This document shows positions 1 to 12,307 of a stretch of 64,000 bases of DNA, piece after piece; position 1 is the stretch's first letter, and each line of letters opens with the position of its first letter. The position numbers were made by a program, and so were the translations under genes. Below the pieces are notes generated by a model. That model searched no databases. It saw nothing but the letters and a program-made list of their open reading frames with translations, and was not told the DNA's origin. Location: positions 5,995 through 69,994 of the forward strand of contig NIVC01003322.1 of the NCBI GenBank assembly GCA_002269645.1, written 5' to 3'. This DNA is from Macrostomum lignano. Taxonomy: Eukaryota.

Positions 1-432
1 CAGGACTGCCCATTGATAGGCAGGAAAACTTATCAGTAGCCACATCATTGCGCAATTATCTATAAAGTCAGCCAGTGAGCCAGGGTCCAATTGTACACAC
101 GCCGCCAATGAGAACGCGCCCATTCCCCTACAGGAGAGAAAATGCACTGGCGACATAGGAAAAAGTTGTGGCGTAATCACTCAAAATTTATGCCAATTTT
201 CAGCTCCGAGCAGAAAGAGGGGACAATTAAGATTATCAAAGGTCAAGACCGCCGTTTTCTGCTTTTTTAGGGATCTTAAAAATTGAAAATGAAAGATTAA
301 AATAGCCTAAAGCCATCCTCGGAAAATTTGCAGTTTTCCCATATAAGTTTCAACGCTGAGTTGCAAGTATTCTAGGAGGAGTTATCGAACTGACATACAG
401 ACAGACAAACAACGCGTCAACTTTAGTATATA
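1..432 (-). mobile_element. 5' head of a non-autonomous Helitron unit (rest outside the window)
   Basis: Nearly identical to 14075-14508; ends in the ...acaacgcgtcaactttagtatata head motif. Confidence 0.75.
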
Positions 433-1454
433 CGAGTGGAACTCCTCCTTCGGAGGAGAAAGGGGAAGAACTCCCATCACCGGAATTCCATTCCCTGAAA
501 TCCATCAGCTGAAACTCCATGACTTGAATCCCATCTTCCAAATCGTCTCCAAATTCTTTACAAAATTTTGAAAGACCATAGCTCAAAGACTCTCACGTCT
601 CTCATATCTCCTCTCTCCTCTCTTCGCTATTATCGTGACTCGCTTCTCTCTCCTCTCTCTCCTCTCATCTCTACCCCTACTCCCTTATTTATATCTTCTC
701 CCTGGTCTTTCGTCTCTACTCTCTCCTGTCTCATTTCTCCCCTCTTTTCTCCTCTCTTCTCTCTCCCCTCTCCTCCCTCATCTCTCATCCTTCATCTCAC
801 TCTTTCTTTCTTCTCTACTCTCCCCTCTCATCTATTTCCCCTGTACGCTCTTATCCCTCATCTCTATTCTCTCTCCTATCATCTCTCCAAATTCTTTACA
901 AAACCTTTCAAAGACCATAGCTCAAAGACTCTCACGTCTCTCATATCTCCTCTCTCATATCTCTTCCCTCATCTCACTCTTTCTTTCTCCTCTACTCTCC
1001 CCTCTCTTCTATTTCCTCTGTACGCTCTTATCCGTCATCTATTCTCTTTCCTATTATCTCTCTTGTCTCCCTCTGCTATCTCATATCTCCCCTCTCATCT
1101 CCTCTCTCCTCTTCTCTTCTCTCTCCCTCTTCGTTTCCGCCTTACTCCCCTCTTCTCTTCCATCGGTCATGTCTAATCTATCCACTCATTTCTACTCTGT
1201 TTTATACCATTTCATGTCTCTTCTCTTTTCGATCTTCTCTTTACTCTCTTTTATGACTGATTGAAGATGCCAAATCTATCAAGATCCTCTCCGCGAAGCA
1301 GAAATCCTCTCCGTGAAACTGAAAACCATTGAAATCCTCTCCGCGAAACAGAAATCCTCTCCGTGAAACTGAAAACCATCGAAATTATCTCTTTAAAACT
1401 GGACTCAATCGAAATTTTCTCCGTCAAAAAGAATAAAATATTAGGATTCATTGG

Positions 1455-1490
1455 TTAGGGTTATTGTTAGGGTTAGGGTTAGGGTTAGAG
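1455..1490 (+). repeat. Interstitial telomeric (TTAGGG)n tract inside a Helitron unit
   Basis: ttaggg ttattg ttaggg ttaggg ttaggg ttagag. Confidence 0.9.
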
Positions 1491-3645
1491 CTACACACAG
1501 CTGCGTGTTTAAATAAAAAATTGAGCCAATTGAATCAATTGATAGCGCAACCGATTTCAAAGTCAGTCAGTATCAGTCTCAGTTAAAGTGAACAAAAAGA
1601 TTGCGCAATTTAAATCAACCCTCCAGTACACAGAGACCGGCCCCTTTTCAATACGCAGTGGCAGTTAGAAATTGAACCCGGGTGTTGGGGCATTGAACTA
1701 AAAATGAGTACAATCTTTGCAGAAAGCTAAAAGTATGGAAATAGTTTTTGTATGCTGTGCTTTTAGTCTTTATATTTAAAGCAAACAATTTATATCCTCG
1801 AACTCAGCGTTGCAAGATCTTTTCAGCAGTATAAGTCTCTTCTCTTAAAGTTTAGAACTCGAAGAGCAGTTAGCGTTTGAAAGTTCCCGTTTTAAAGCAT
1901 TGAAATATCGAGTATACGTTCACTGCCTGCCAAAGAGGCTCGCAAGTTTATTCATTCATTACACAGGCCGGCTATTACACAGGGCAGCCTATTAAAAGGC
2001 ACAGATAATGAAACAAATTGATGTCTCTATCTTCTCATGTCTCATGAGAGATGTCTCAAATTGACATCTCTACCCCTACTCTCTTATTTATCTCTACTCC
2101 CTTATTTATCTCTTCTCCCTCGTCTTTCGTCTGTACCCTATCCTGTCTACTCTCCTATCTTCTATCTTATCTCTCCCCTTTTCTCTCCTCTCTCATATCT
2201 AATCTCTAATCACTTATCTATCGTCTCCGCTCTACTTTCTCTCTTCTTTTTTCTCTCTTCTCTCTGCTCTCATTTCTCGTATCTCTTATACGCTCTCACC
2301 CTCTCCTTTCTTATCTCCCATCTTTCTTCCCTCCTTTCTACTGCATCACCTGTCTCCTCTCTTCTCTTTTCTCTCCTCTCCATTCTCTCTTCTCTACTCT
2401 CATCTCCCCTCATCTCTTCTCTAATCTCTAATCTCTTCTCTCTCTTATTTTCTCACTCATCTCTTTTCTCATTGCATCTCTCATCTCTCCTCTCTCTCTC
2501 TCCTCTCATCTGTACTATCTTTTTTATCTCTTCTCCCAGGTCTTTCAAATTTACTCTCTCCTGTCTCCTCTCTCCCCTCGTCTTTCCTCTCTCATATCTC
2601 TTCTCTACTCACTTATATATTCTCTCTCCTCTGCTCCCCTTTTACACTTTCCTATATGCTCTCACTCTCACCCTCCCCTTTCTTATCTGCTGTTTTTACA
2701 CTCCTTTCTACCACCTGTCTCCTCTCGTTTCTCTCCTCTCTGCACTCTCATCTTTACCCTCTTCTTTCTCCTCACTACTTTCTTCTCTTAAATCTCTGAT
2801 CTCTGATCTTTCATCTCTCTCCTCTCACCTCTCACCTCTCTCCTCTCTTTCCTCTCTTCTATTGCCTCTGTACGCTCTTGTCCCTCCTTTCTTCTCCATC
2901 CTGTCTCCTCTCTGCAATCTCATATCTCCTCTCTCATATCCTCTCCCTTCATCTCCTCTCTCCTCTTCTCTTCTCTCTCCTTCGTTCCCGCCTTACTTTC
3001 CTCTTCTCTCCCATCTGTCATGTCTAATCTCTCCACTCATTTCTACTCTGTTTTCTATCATCTCATCTCTCTTCTCTTTTCATTCTTCTCTTTACTCTCT
3101 TCTCTGACTGATTGAAGATGCCAAATCCATCAAGATCCTCTCCGCGAAGCAGAAATCCTGTCCGTGCAACTGAAAACCATCGAAATCCTCTCCGTGAAAC
3201 TGGACTCCTTCGAAATCCTCTCCTTGAAACTTAAATCCATCAAAATCGTCTCCATAAAACAGAAATCAATCATAAATTTATCTCCGCGAAACAGAAATCC
3301 TCTCCGTGAAGCTGAACATCATCGAAATCCTCTCCGTGAAACTGAACACCTTCGAAATCCTCTCCGTGAAACTGAACACCTTCGAAATCCTCTCCTTGAA
3401 ACTTAAATCTATCAAAATCGTCTCCATAAAGCAGAAATCAATCATAAATTTAACTCCGCGAAACAGAAATCCTCTCCGTGAAGCTGAACATCATCAAAAT
3501 CCTCTCCGTGAAACTGAGCACCATCGAAATCCTCTCCACGAAACAGAAATCCTCTTTGTCAAAATTAAAACATTGAAATCGTCTCCGCTAAACTGGACTC
3601 AATCAATTTTTTCCGTCAAACAACTCAACTCTCCGGATTCATTGG

Positions 3646-3669
3646 TTAGGGTTAGGGTTAGGGTTAGAA
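3646..3669 (+). repeat. Interstitial telomeric (TTAGGG)3 tract
   Basis: (ttaggg)3 ttagaa. Confidence 0.9.
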
Positions 3670-4612
3670 CTACGCACAGCTTCGTGTTAAAAGGCACTGA
3701 TAAACTATTGAACTAATTGAATCAATTCATTGCGCAACCGATTTCACAGTCAGTCAGTATCAGTCTCAGTTAAAGTTAACAAAAACATTGCGCAATCTAA
3801 ATCAACCCTCCAATACAAAGCAACTGACCCCCTTCCTATACACAGCGCCAGTTGGAAGTCGAAACCCCCAACTTTATCTCTCACCTCTCGCCAAAATGAG
3901 TACAATCTTTGCAGAAAGTTTAAAGTATGGAAATAGTTTTTGCAATGCAGAGCTTTTAGTTTTCATATTTGAAGCAAACAATTTATATCCCTGAAATCAG
4001 CTTTGCAAGTTCTTTCCAGCAATATAAATTTTTTCTCTCAAAGTTAAAAACTCGAGCAACAGTTTGCGTTTGAAACTTTCTGATTTAAAGCATTGAAATA
4101 TCGATTGTACGTTCACTGCCTGCTAAAGAGGCCCGCAAGTTTATGCATTGAATTTCAACGTTCAACAAAATCACAGGGCTGCCTATTGAAAATTAGAACA
4201 CAAATCTTTGCGCAATTGTCTATACAGTCAGCCAGTGAGCCAGGGTCCGATTGTACACAGGCAGCCATTTAGAACGCCCCATCCCCCCACTGGAGAGAAA
4301 ATACACTGCAGAGATAGGGAAAAGTTGTGGCGCAATCACTTGAAATTCATGCAAATTTTCAGCTCCAAGCAGAAAGAGGGGACAATTAAGATTATCAAAG
4401 GTCAAGACCGCCGTTTTCTGCTTTTTTGAGGATCTTAGAAATTAAAATTTCAGAATTAAAATAGCCTATAGCCGACCTCGGATAATTTCCAATCTTCCCA
4501 TATAAGTTTCAACGCTGAGTTGCCACTATTCAAGGAGGAGTTGTCGAAATGACAGACAGACACACAGACAGACAGACAAACAACGCGTCAACTTTAGTAT
4601 ATACGAGGCCAA

Positions 4613-4629
4613 CTCCTCCTCCGGAGGAG
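4613..4629 (-). terminator. Helitron 3'-terminal hairpin (7-bp stem, 3-nt loop)
   Basis: CTCCTCC/GGAGGAG stem 9 nt from the 3' end. Equivalent hairpins at 442-458, 12318-12334, 14518-14534, 17052-17068, 19681-19697, 22449-22465 and 25190-25206. Confidence 0.8.
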
Positions 4630-5519
4630 AAAGGGGAAGAACTCCCATCACCGGAATCCCATAACCGGAATTCCATTCCCTGAAATCCATCAGCTGAATC
4701 TCATGAGCTAAGTCAGTCAGAGTAAGAGTCACACAAAGCATTTATGACGTAATCAATTTATCAGGCAGTCGGTGTTAGGCTCATTATAAATTAACTATAA
4801 GGTTACGCAATCCAAATCAACCCTCCAATACGTACACAGCGACCTACACTTTCAGTACACAACGCGCAATTAGAAATCTAACTAACGCATCCATTCCTAT
4901 CAGGTAGTTATACTTCTGTGTCTCCGTTAAATATATTAAAAAACTAATTCAAAGACATCATTGGGGGGTGCGCAGGAAACGACCAAATTAAAGGGATAGT
5001 ATAAGCACGGGTCATTGGCTAAGTATTGCATAATTGTTAATTCAGAATTTATGTGCATGTAATACCTTTTCATTATTTATGATGTTTACTAATAGCCTAT
5101 GAATCGACTGGCTCGTTTGTATTCTGAATCCTGCGCACCCCGAGTACAGTATGGCATATATTTTTTATTAAAGCTCTTTCCAGCAATAAATTGTGTTATA
5201 ATAGGGGTGCAAGCAAAGGTGGGGAGAAAGTGGAAGAAACCTAATAACTTAACTGACAATACTAAATGTGTGAATTGGCCGTTAATATTACACGTGTAAC
5301 AAAATACATAAATAATTACGAACGGCTACTTTGTACATTAAAAAGATTCAGAAAAAATAAGTACGGCAATTGAATCTAAATTGCTTGGAGCCTGAGCATT
5401 CTTAGAAGCTCCCCTTATATGAGCAACTCTATCAAGAAACAGTTTTGCCACTACCTAATAGTTTATGTTAAAAGATTTATCAGTCTCATTATTTGTCGCA
5501 CTCTCAATTTGGCACTCAA

Positions 5520-5900
5520 TGTGGCATAAGTATTTTCGCTCGTGAATTCGTCACTCTCAAAATTTATGACTCATAATTTGTCTCTCATAATTTATCACTC
5601 TCATAATTCGTCACACTCAATATGACATCCTGAATTTTGCACCCTCATAAGTATTATCGCTCTCAAATTTGTCACTCATAATTTTTCACTCCCTCTCATG
5701 ATTAACCACTCCTTCTCATAATTTTTCACCCACTCGCTCCCATAATTTGTCACTCACTCTCATAATTTGTCACTTACTCTCATAATTTGTCACTTACTCT
5801 CATAATTTGTCACTCACTCTCATAATTTGTCTCTCACTCTCATAATTTTTCTCTCACTCTCATAATTTATCACTCACTCTTATAATATGTCACTCATATT
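5520..5900. repeat. 20-bp tandem repeat downstream of the RepHel gene
   Basis: Unit cactcactctcataatttgt; near-perfect at about 5740-5890 and degenerate to the left. Confidence 0.85.
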
Positions 5901-5941
5901 ATATTTCTGTCATTTGAGTCTGTTAATTCAATTGAGTCTAA

Positions 5942-8900
5942 TCAGTTCTGCTTGCCGATAAGCTGGCGCAGCACGATGTTCCGCGTCCGTCCGCCTGGAG
6001 CCCGAACTTTAACGCCATCGGCACTCCGCGCACGACTCAGAGCCACGTAGAGCTGGCCATGCTGAAAGCAAGCCGTCGTCAGGTCGACGGCGTAGGTGCC
6101 CAGCGACTGGCCCTGGCTCTTGTGGATGGTCATGGCGAAGCACGGCCGGATCGGGAACTGCAGACGGCGGAAAACAAACGGAACCTCTGTCGGACTCGGC
6201 TCCTGCGGGATCCGCGGGATGAACACCTGCCGCGAACGGTAGACGCCGGTGGTTACCTCCGCTAGCAGGACGTTGTCACGCAGTTCACGCAGCAGTAGCC
6301 GAGTCCCGTTGCACAGCAGCGGTGGGTCCAGATTCCGCATCATGACGACCGGCATGCCGACCTTCAGCTCCAGTCGGTGATGCGACATACCGCTGGGGTC
6401 CAGCCGGTTCAGCAGCTCCGGTGGAAAATTGGTGGCTGCCGTGTCGTCATTCGGAATCGAGTCAACAGATAAGTAGACTCGACTCTCACCGGGGAAGAGC
6501 GCTAAGCAGGCGGCGTTGGCCTCGTCCACCGTCCTGTTGAGTGGCGCCAGGATGCTCCGCTCCGCGAACATCTGGTCACGCTGCGCACTCGGCTCAAAGG
6601 ACGGGTAAACATGCCGAATGAGCTGCTCAGTGGTTGTGTCCTCGGGCAGAAGGATCTCGCTAGGCAAGGAGACCATGCCCTCAACGTCCTCTGGCAGCTC
6701 CCCGTTGCCAACCTGACGGTGAAAAAGTGGAATAAAATTTTACAATTTTTTCCTTCAATTTGCATGCTTAATGAGAGCATAGAAACTCCATAGATTCTCA
6801 CCTGCATAAGAAAATCCGCGTAGCTTTGGAGAGCCGAGCCGCCCTCCAGCCGCAGATTCCTTGTGAGCTGGTGCTGCCTGAAGTGCGGCCACAGCACCGA
6901 CCGATTCAGGCAGGCTTCAATCGTGTTGGCCTGCGTCCCTCCGGGCACAACAGCAAGCAACTGGCGAAAGTCGCCAGCCAGCACCAGCAGCGCTCCCCCG
7001 AACGGCTGCCCACCGTGCAGCAAATCACGCAGAGAACGCTCGACGATCTCGAGGTCTTTGCGGTGCGTCATCGGAGCCTCGTCCCACACGATGAGGCGGG
7101 CGTTCCGCAGAATCTCCGCCAATTTGCTCCGCCTGCCGATGGAGCAGAAGGCGCTGTCCTGCCGTACAGCGCAGACGGGGATCTTGAACCTGTAGGCAGG
7201 TATCGCGAGGATTTTCAATTTTGAGGATAAATTAAAAGGATTAAAAGGATGCCTTTCTGTGCTTAAAAATGAACCGTTTATAAAATGATTGATGCAGACA
7301 CAAAACTCACATCGAATGGGCGGTCCGACCTCCGGGAAGAATAGTCGCCGCGATGCCCGATGACGCGACGGCAACAGCAATTTGACGCCTTGCTCGAACC
7401 GACTTCAGCAGAAGCGTGAGCAGGAACGTCTTGCCTGTGCCTCCAGGAGCGTCAATGAAGTGCAGCCCGCCGCCACCGGCCGTCAGATTGGACTGCACGG
7501 CCTCGAAGACAGCTCGCTGCTCGTCAGTCAGGGTAGCGACCAGCGCATCCACTTCAGACTGCAGCTCAGCAGCTTCTTGCGGCGTCGGCAGGCAGTCAGA
7601 AAGAAGCCGAGCCTGGATATTGAGAAGAAGCTGTCATCAGTAAGCTATTAAAGGTTAAAAATATCAACAGTCAGTGTGCATAGCAGTGAGTTCATTTACT
7701 TGATCCGCTTCTGCCGGTGGTTCAGGAAGGCCGTAGGCAGACAGCTCGGATCCGCCCATCCGCTCCAGCCGCTTCTGCAGCGACCGCAGCACTTCGGCCA
7801 TAGCAGCCTCGGCGCTCAAGCCCTGATGCAGCAGGTCGCCAGCCATCTCGCGGGAAAACTTCTCCCAGAGCTTGGCGGGGTCGCTGGGATCGCCGTGCGC
7901 CAAAATTGCGGCAAAAAGTCGGCGCAGAGCAGCAGGCATCCGCGTCTGGGCAGCCTCATACAGACACAGCTGCCAGTGCCTGTCGTCTTCCAGCAGTCCG
8001 CGAGCCTGGCAGGCGGCCTTGAAGGTCGGCAGCAGGACTCCGTCAACAGTGCGCAGAGCCTCGAACGAAGTCGGGCCGCGCACATTCACCAGCAGCAGGC
8101 GCAGGTAAAAACAGTCGCCCATCCGAGGACTGACTGTGTAGATGCGGCCGATGTTGCTGGTCGTCAGAACATCGGCTGGCTGATCAGCAGCGACTCGGCC
8201 GCGACCTGCGCGATGCCACTGGTGCGCCCTGGGGTCCCAGGTGAAGTGCCGGGGCACCTCCTGGTACAGCAGACCGCGGGCGATTTCGTCATGGCGACAG
8301 AGCTGGGCGGGTAGGAACAGGAAAGTGGGCGGGTAGAAACAGGAAGGAGGGATAAATTTAACAAATTGCACTTTGTCTGCAAAACTCACATCGAAGAAGG
8401 CGGTCAAAGTCGTGGCCTTGGGCGTAGCAGCAACAGCCTGAGCCGTCTCGTCAGTGAAGAAGACCCGCTGCTCGTCCTTAAGATGAACCGCGAGCCTGAT
8501 CACAGGCGGGTATCGGCTGTGCACCTCGAAGCCCAGGATGGTGTTAACCGCCTCCATTGGACCGATGAACCTGCCCAGTAGGTATTCGTCGATCTCGTCG
8601 ATCTTGCGTCGCTTTGCGGAAGTCGCAGCAGCAGCAGCAGCAGTCCCAGTCGACGCGGACGGACCGGCGATCGCCAGTGGTCCTTCAGTGGCCGAATCAG
8701 CGCTGGCATTCGCAGCAGCCGCCGACTCCTTGCGGATCTGGTATGCTGCCATGTCGCTACCCTTGGTGATGTACTTCACCACGTACTTGATGGCCCGAAC
8801 TGTCGCGCAGATCTCGACATTCAGGTGACAGCGAAACTCGCGCAGCAGCGCTGGGCAGTACGGCACCACCCAGCGGTTGTCAAAGGTGAACATCACCCTC

Positions 8901-11563
8901 TGACCGCCGCGCAGCTTTGCGAGCTTCGTCACCGTGAAGCCGCCCATCTCGACGGATCTGCGGCAGTAATGCGGGTAGCCATCCTCCTCGACCTTCGTGG
9001 CGGCCAGGAACTCCCTCGGGTAGCGCTTGCTGCACCTGCCTTTCTCCATGCACGCCGCGGCAGAATTGAGCTGCTGTCCACAGGGACCGTGCAGCATGTT
9101 CTCCGCCACCAGCTGATGCAGGTCGGCGTCGGCGACAGGGTCCGGGATCTCCGCGCTGATGACGGCGTCGTACTGATCCGGCTTCAGCTTGTTCGCCAGC
9201 CAAAGCAGCGCGTGCACGTGGGGAAGACCTAGAGGTAGATAAAATGAAAAACTCTATTGAAATTTACGAAATTATGGAGGCGACAGATAATGCAAGATTT
9301 TTAAAATTTTAAAAAGTTCACAAATTTCACACTTGCCTCGCTTCTGGTACTCCAGCGAGCAGACTCGAGCAAGAGTATCTCCAAACAGACTCTTCAGCCT
9401 GTTTAGGAAGGCCTTTTTCTTCAGCTCGAACACCCGGGCGGTGATGTCCGGCCGATCGACAGCAGTCTGTCCTGGAAGCAGCTCGGCCAGAATTTCCGGC
9501 CACTTCGGGTTGCATGTCATCGTCAGAAACAGGTCTGGGCGGCCAAAGGCGTGAACATACGCCATGGCATCCTGCTGACGCTCCAGACGGTACCGTGGAC
9601 CTCCCACGTAGCTGGAAGTAAGAATGACACGCTTCCCGACTTCCTCCGGCCTGCCGTCGTCCTCGTGCAGCGCGTCTCGGAGACCCCGAAGACTTTCCGA
9701 CACCAGATCCTTTTGGTGCAGTCGGATGTACGTAAGTCGCTCGGACTCGATCTTAGCAGCCTGGTCCACCAGGTACTGCTGGAAGAGTCGGCGACCGTAC
9801 AGCAGGCTGTTGAACTGGACTGGGCGCACCTGGATCATGAAGGCATAGTACTTCATGATAGTGATGCCACGATCCTGCTTGAGTCCGATGCTCCAGCCGT
9901 CCTCACCAAATGGGAACAGCAGGACGTACTCCAAGGGATCGTAGGAGCGGTGGGTATCACAGATGCTCTGGAGGCCTGTGAATCAAAAGTGATGAAAGGG
10001 CGAATTCTCATTTTTTAAATGCAAATACAGCAACTAAATTAATGAAACAGAATGTTTGAGTCTTCCAATTGACACAAAAGCAAAAGATAATAAATTGCTT
10101 CAATATTTAAGCGATACATGTGCAAAAAGAAGCGCAAAAGTCTGAGTCTTTTTAGGAAAATGATTTAAATGCCTGTATTAACAAATAAAAAAGTTAAACA
10201 TAATTTCGAGATGCAGAACTCACCACCCCCCCTCAGACGCAAAATCACGTCCCGCCGTCGCGTCTGGGCTGCGCCTTCGGTATCGTCAAGGTCCGTCAGG
10301 ATGCCTACTTCACTGCACTCGGGCAAATTGAAGCTCTGGCATGCTCCCCTGATGGACGGGCATCGGGGTTGATGACGATCTTGGCGCTTTGCAGCTGAGG
10401 GTCGTTGCGGAGCAAGTCAACGGCGGACTTGAGGCTGCGCACGTAGCCGTTGCACGCATGCAGCATGGCTTGCAGCTCTTCCAGCACACGACCGTTCAGT
10501 CCGGTGGCCCACTGCAGCCGGGTTTGCAGCTCCTGGTCCACAAAAAAGACCTGGCAGAACCTGGCCTCATCCCCCGGATCCGGCAAGAGACTGCCGATCT
10601 TGTGGTGCACCTGACCATTGAGAATGAAGCTCGGGTTCCAGCCGGGCTGCTCACGCTGCTTGGCACCGAGCGACGTCATGTGGAGCGCGCCGTTGTACTT
10701 CCTGATGTCCTTCAGGAACTGAGAGCTGTCTGGGTGCTGGCCAGTCAGAAGCCGCTTCAGGACATCAGGGGGGTCACGGCGGGGCTCCAGGACGGTCTGA
10801 GTTGGATTTACGTTGGATTTATCACTTTCAGCAGCACATCACGCAATTGTCTATGACTAATGACTCCATTGGTGGTCAAAGGTTTCATACTGTATACAAT
10901 GATTAGTATAAAAAGCATTAATGAGGCAGCAATTCAAGTAAACTAAAATAAAAAAATGGACTTACCTTTCCAGCGTGGCAGCAAATGCTAGCTGGCTCGT
11001 CCTTCCAGCGTAGCGCGCTGCAGTGCGGACATTGGCGGTCCATGCGACCGAGGACATGTGGCTGGTGTGCCAGCTCCAGCAGTCTGTGGCAACGAAGAAG
11101 GTGCATTTCAATCATTACTAATAAATGAATTATAAAATCCAGATGTACATGCATAAAGTTTATTAGTATCAGAGAAGAGATCAGTCTCGCACGTAAGAAT
11201 AGCAGAATAAATAATCAGGAACCCCTACCTGTCTCGGCGCCAGCCTGCCTGTACATGTAGACGGCGGTCGCGGTCGTCAGCGGACTCAGCCGCGCGATTC
11301 TGGTTCTGGCGCTGCCGCTGCGCCTCCAGTCGATGCTGATGGACCGCTTCGTCCTCGACTTCACGACTTTCGGCTGTGCACAGTCGATTCGCCTCAAGGC
11401 GATGCTGGCGCTGAACTTCGCCTTCAGCCTCACGGCTTTTGGCTGTGCGCAGTCGATTCGCCTCAAGGCGATGCTGGCGTTCTTCAGGTGTCTCCGACGC
11501 CCTGCGCTTCTTGGCTGCCGATGCAGCGCGTGAAGAACGGGAAATATTTCCGCGTTTCGGCAT
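5942..11563 (-). CDS. Helitron RepHel transposase (HUH Y2 Rep + PIF1-type SF1B helicase), 9 exons, about 1528 aa if one frameshift is repaired
   Basis: Exons 11563-11229, 11083-10966, 10796-10224, 9975-9337, 9228-8390, 8302-7700, 7630-7311, 7189-6802, 6712-5942, all phase-compatible. Motifs: CPHC..CC zinc finger; Rep motifs PDLFLTMTCNPKW, EYQKRGLPHVH and KYVVKYITKG; helicase motifs DAPGGTGKT, WDEAPM, GDFRQLL, FAMTIHKSQGQSL and GQLYVALSR. One missing base near 10338. Confidence 0.95.
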
Positions 11564-12307
11564 TTTGGATGAAAAAAATAAGCAAAAATAGGCTAAAATA
11601 GGCTAAAATAGGCTAAAATAAGCAAAAACAGGCAAAAATGAGTAAAAATGAAAAAAAATTTAGTGTATTTTGATAGGTAAATAGCAAAAACGGCAGATTG
11701 GAGAGAATGAGAGAAATCTATTATGATATGGAAAATTGAATTGAAAATTGAAAATTCGCCTCATTAAGTAAGTAAAGGCCCAGTGAAAAAATCAATAAAC
11801 AGAACTTTAGGCCCCACCAGTCTGTCCATTTCCCAGTTAAAGGGACTGACTGACTAAAGGCGCCGATAATAAAACCAAATCGTAGCCTCTGTTTACACTG
11901 TACAGTGGTATGTACTCAGCCAAAGCCCAACCCCACCCCCCCCCCGAAGCATAGAATTTCACTGAACCCCCAAAACGCGGGGGGGGGGGTTATTTGCATT
12001 GAACGCAGAACACGCGCACCTACCAACCCTCAATACACAGCGACCCGCGGGCGGAGGTTGGGGTGGCTATTTTTACAAACAGACTGCCAACTCTCTTACT
12101 GGAAAGACAGAAGGGCCAAAGAAGGTTAAAAGCAGTTTTCTGCTTTTTTAGGGATGTTAAAATGTGAAAATTAAAAATTAAAATAGCCTAAAGCCTGATC
12201 CGGAAAATTTTCTGTTTTCCCATATAAGTTTCGACGCTGACTTGCCAGTTGTCTAGGAGAAAAATCGCAACACACACACAATCATCGCACCAGTTTTAGT
12301 ATTAAGA

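Larger units (their letters stand above)
433..4603 (-). mobile_element. Non-autonomous Helitron unit with an internally doubled body
   Basis: Tail hairpin 442-458. Two rounds of CT-rich block (about 590-1256 and 2030-3105), 20/30-bp gaaatcctctccgtgaaact minisatellite, TTAGGG tract and AT-rich module. Head ends at 4603. Confidence 0.75.
4604..12307 (-). mobile_element. Autonomous-type Helitron, about 7.7 kb
   Basis: 5' TC at 12307-12306 (TCTTAATACTAAAACTGGTGCG...). 3' hairpin 4613-4629 followed by TTGGCCTCG ending at 4604. Contains the RepHel gene. Confidence 0.85.

Noticed and set aside
6059-11533. Plus-strand and alternative-frame ORFs over the Helitron gene
   Set aside because: Shadows of GC-rich RepHel coding sequence with no independent motifs.
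11585-11650. 10-bp repeats aaaataggct upstream of the RepHel start, resembling aaaatagcct in the heads
   Set aside because: Too short and AT-rich to support a regulatory claim.
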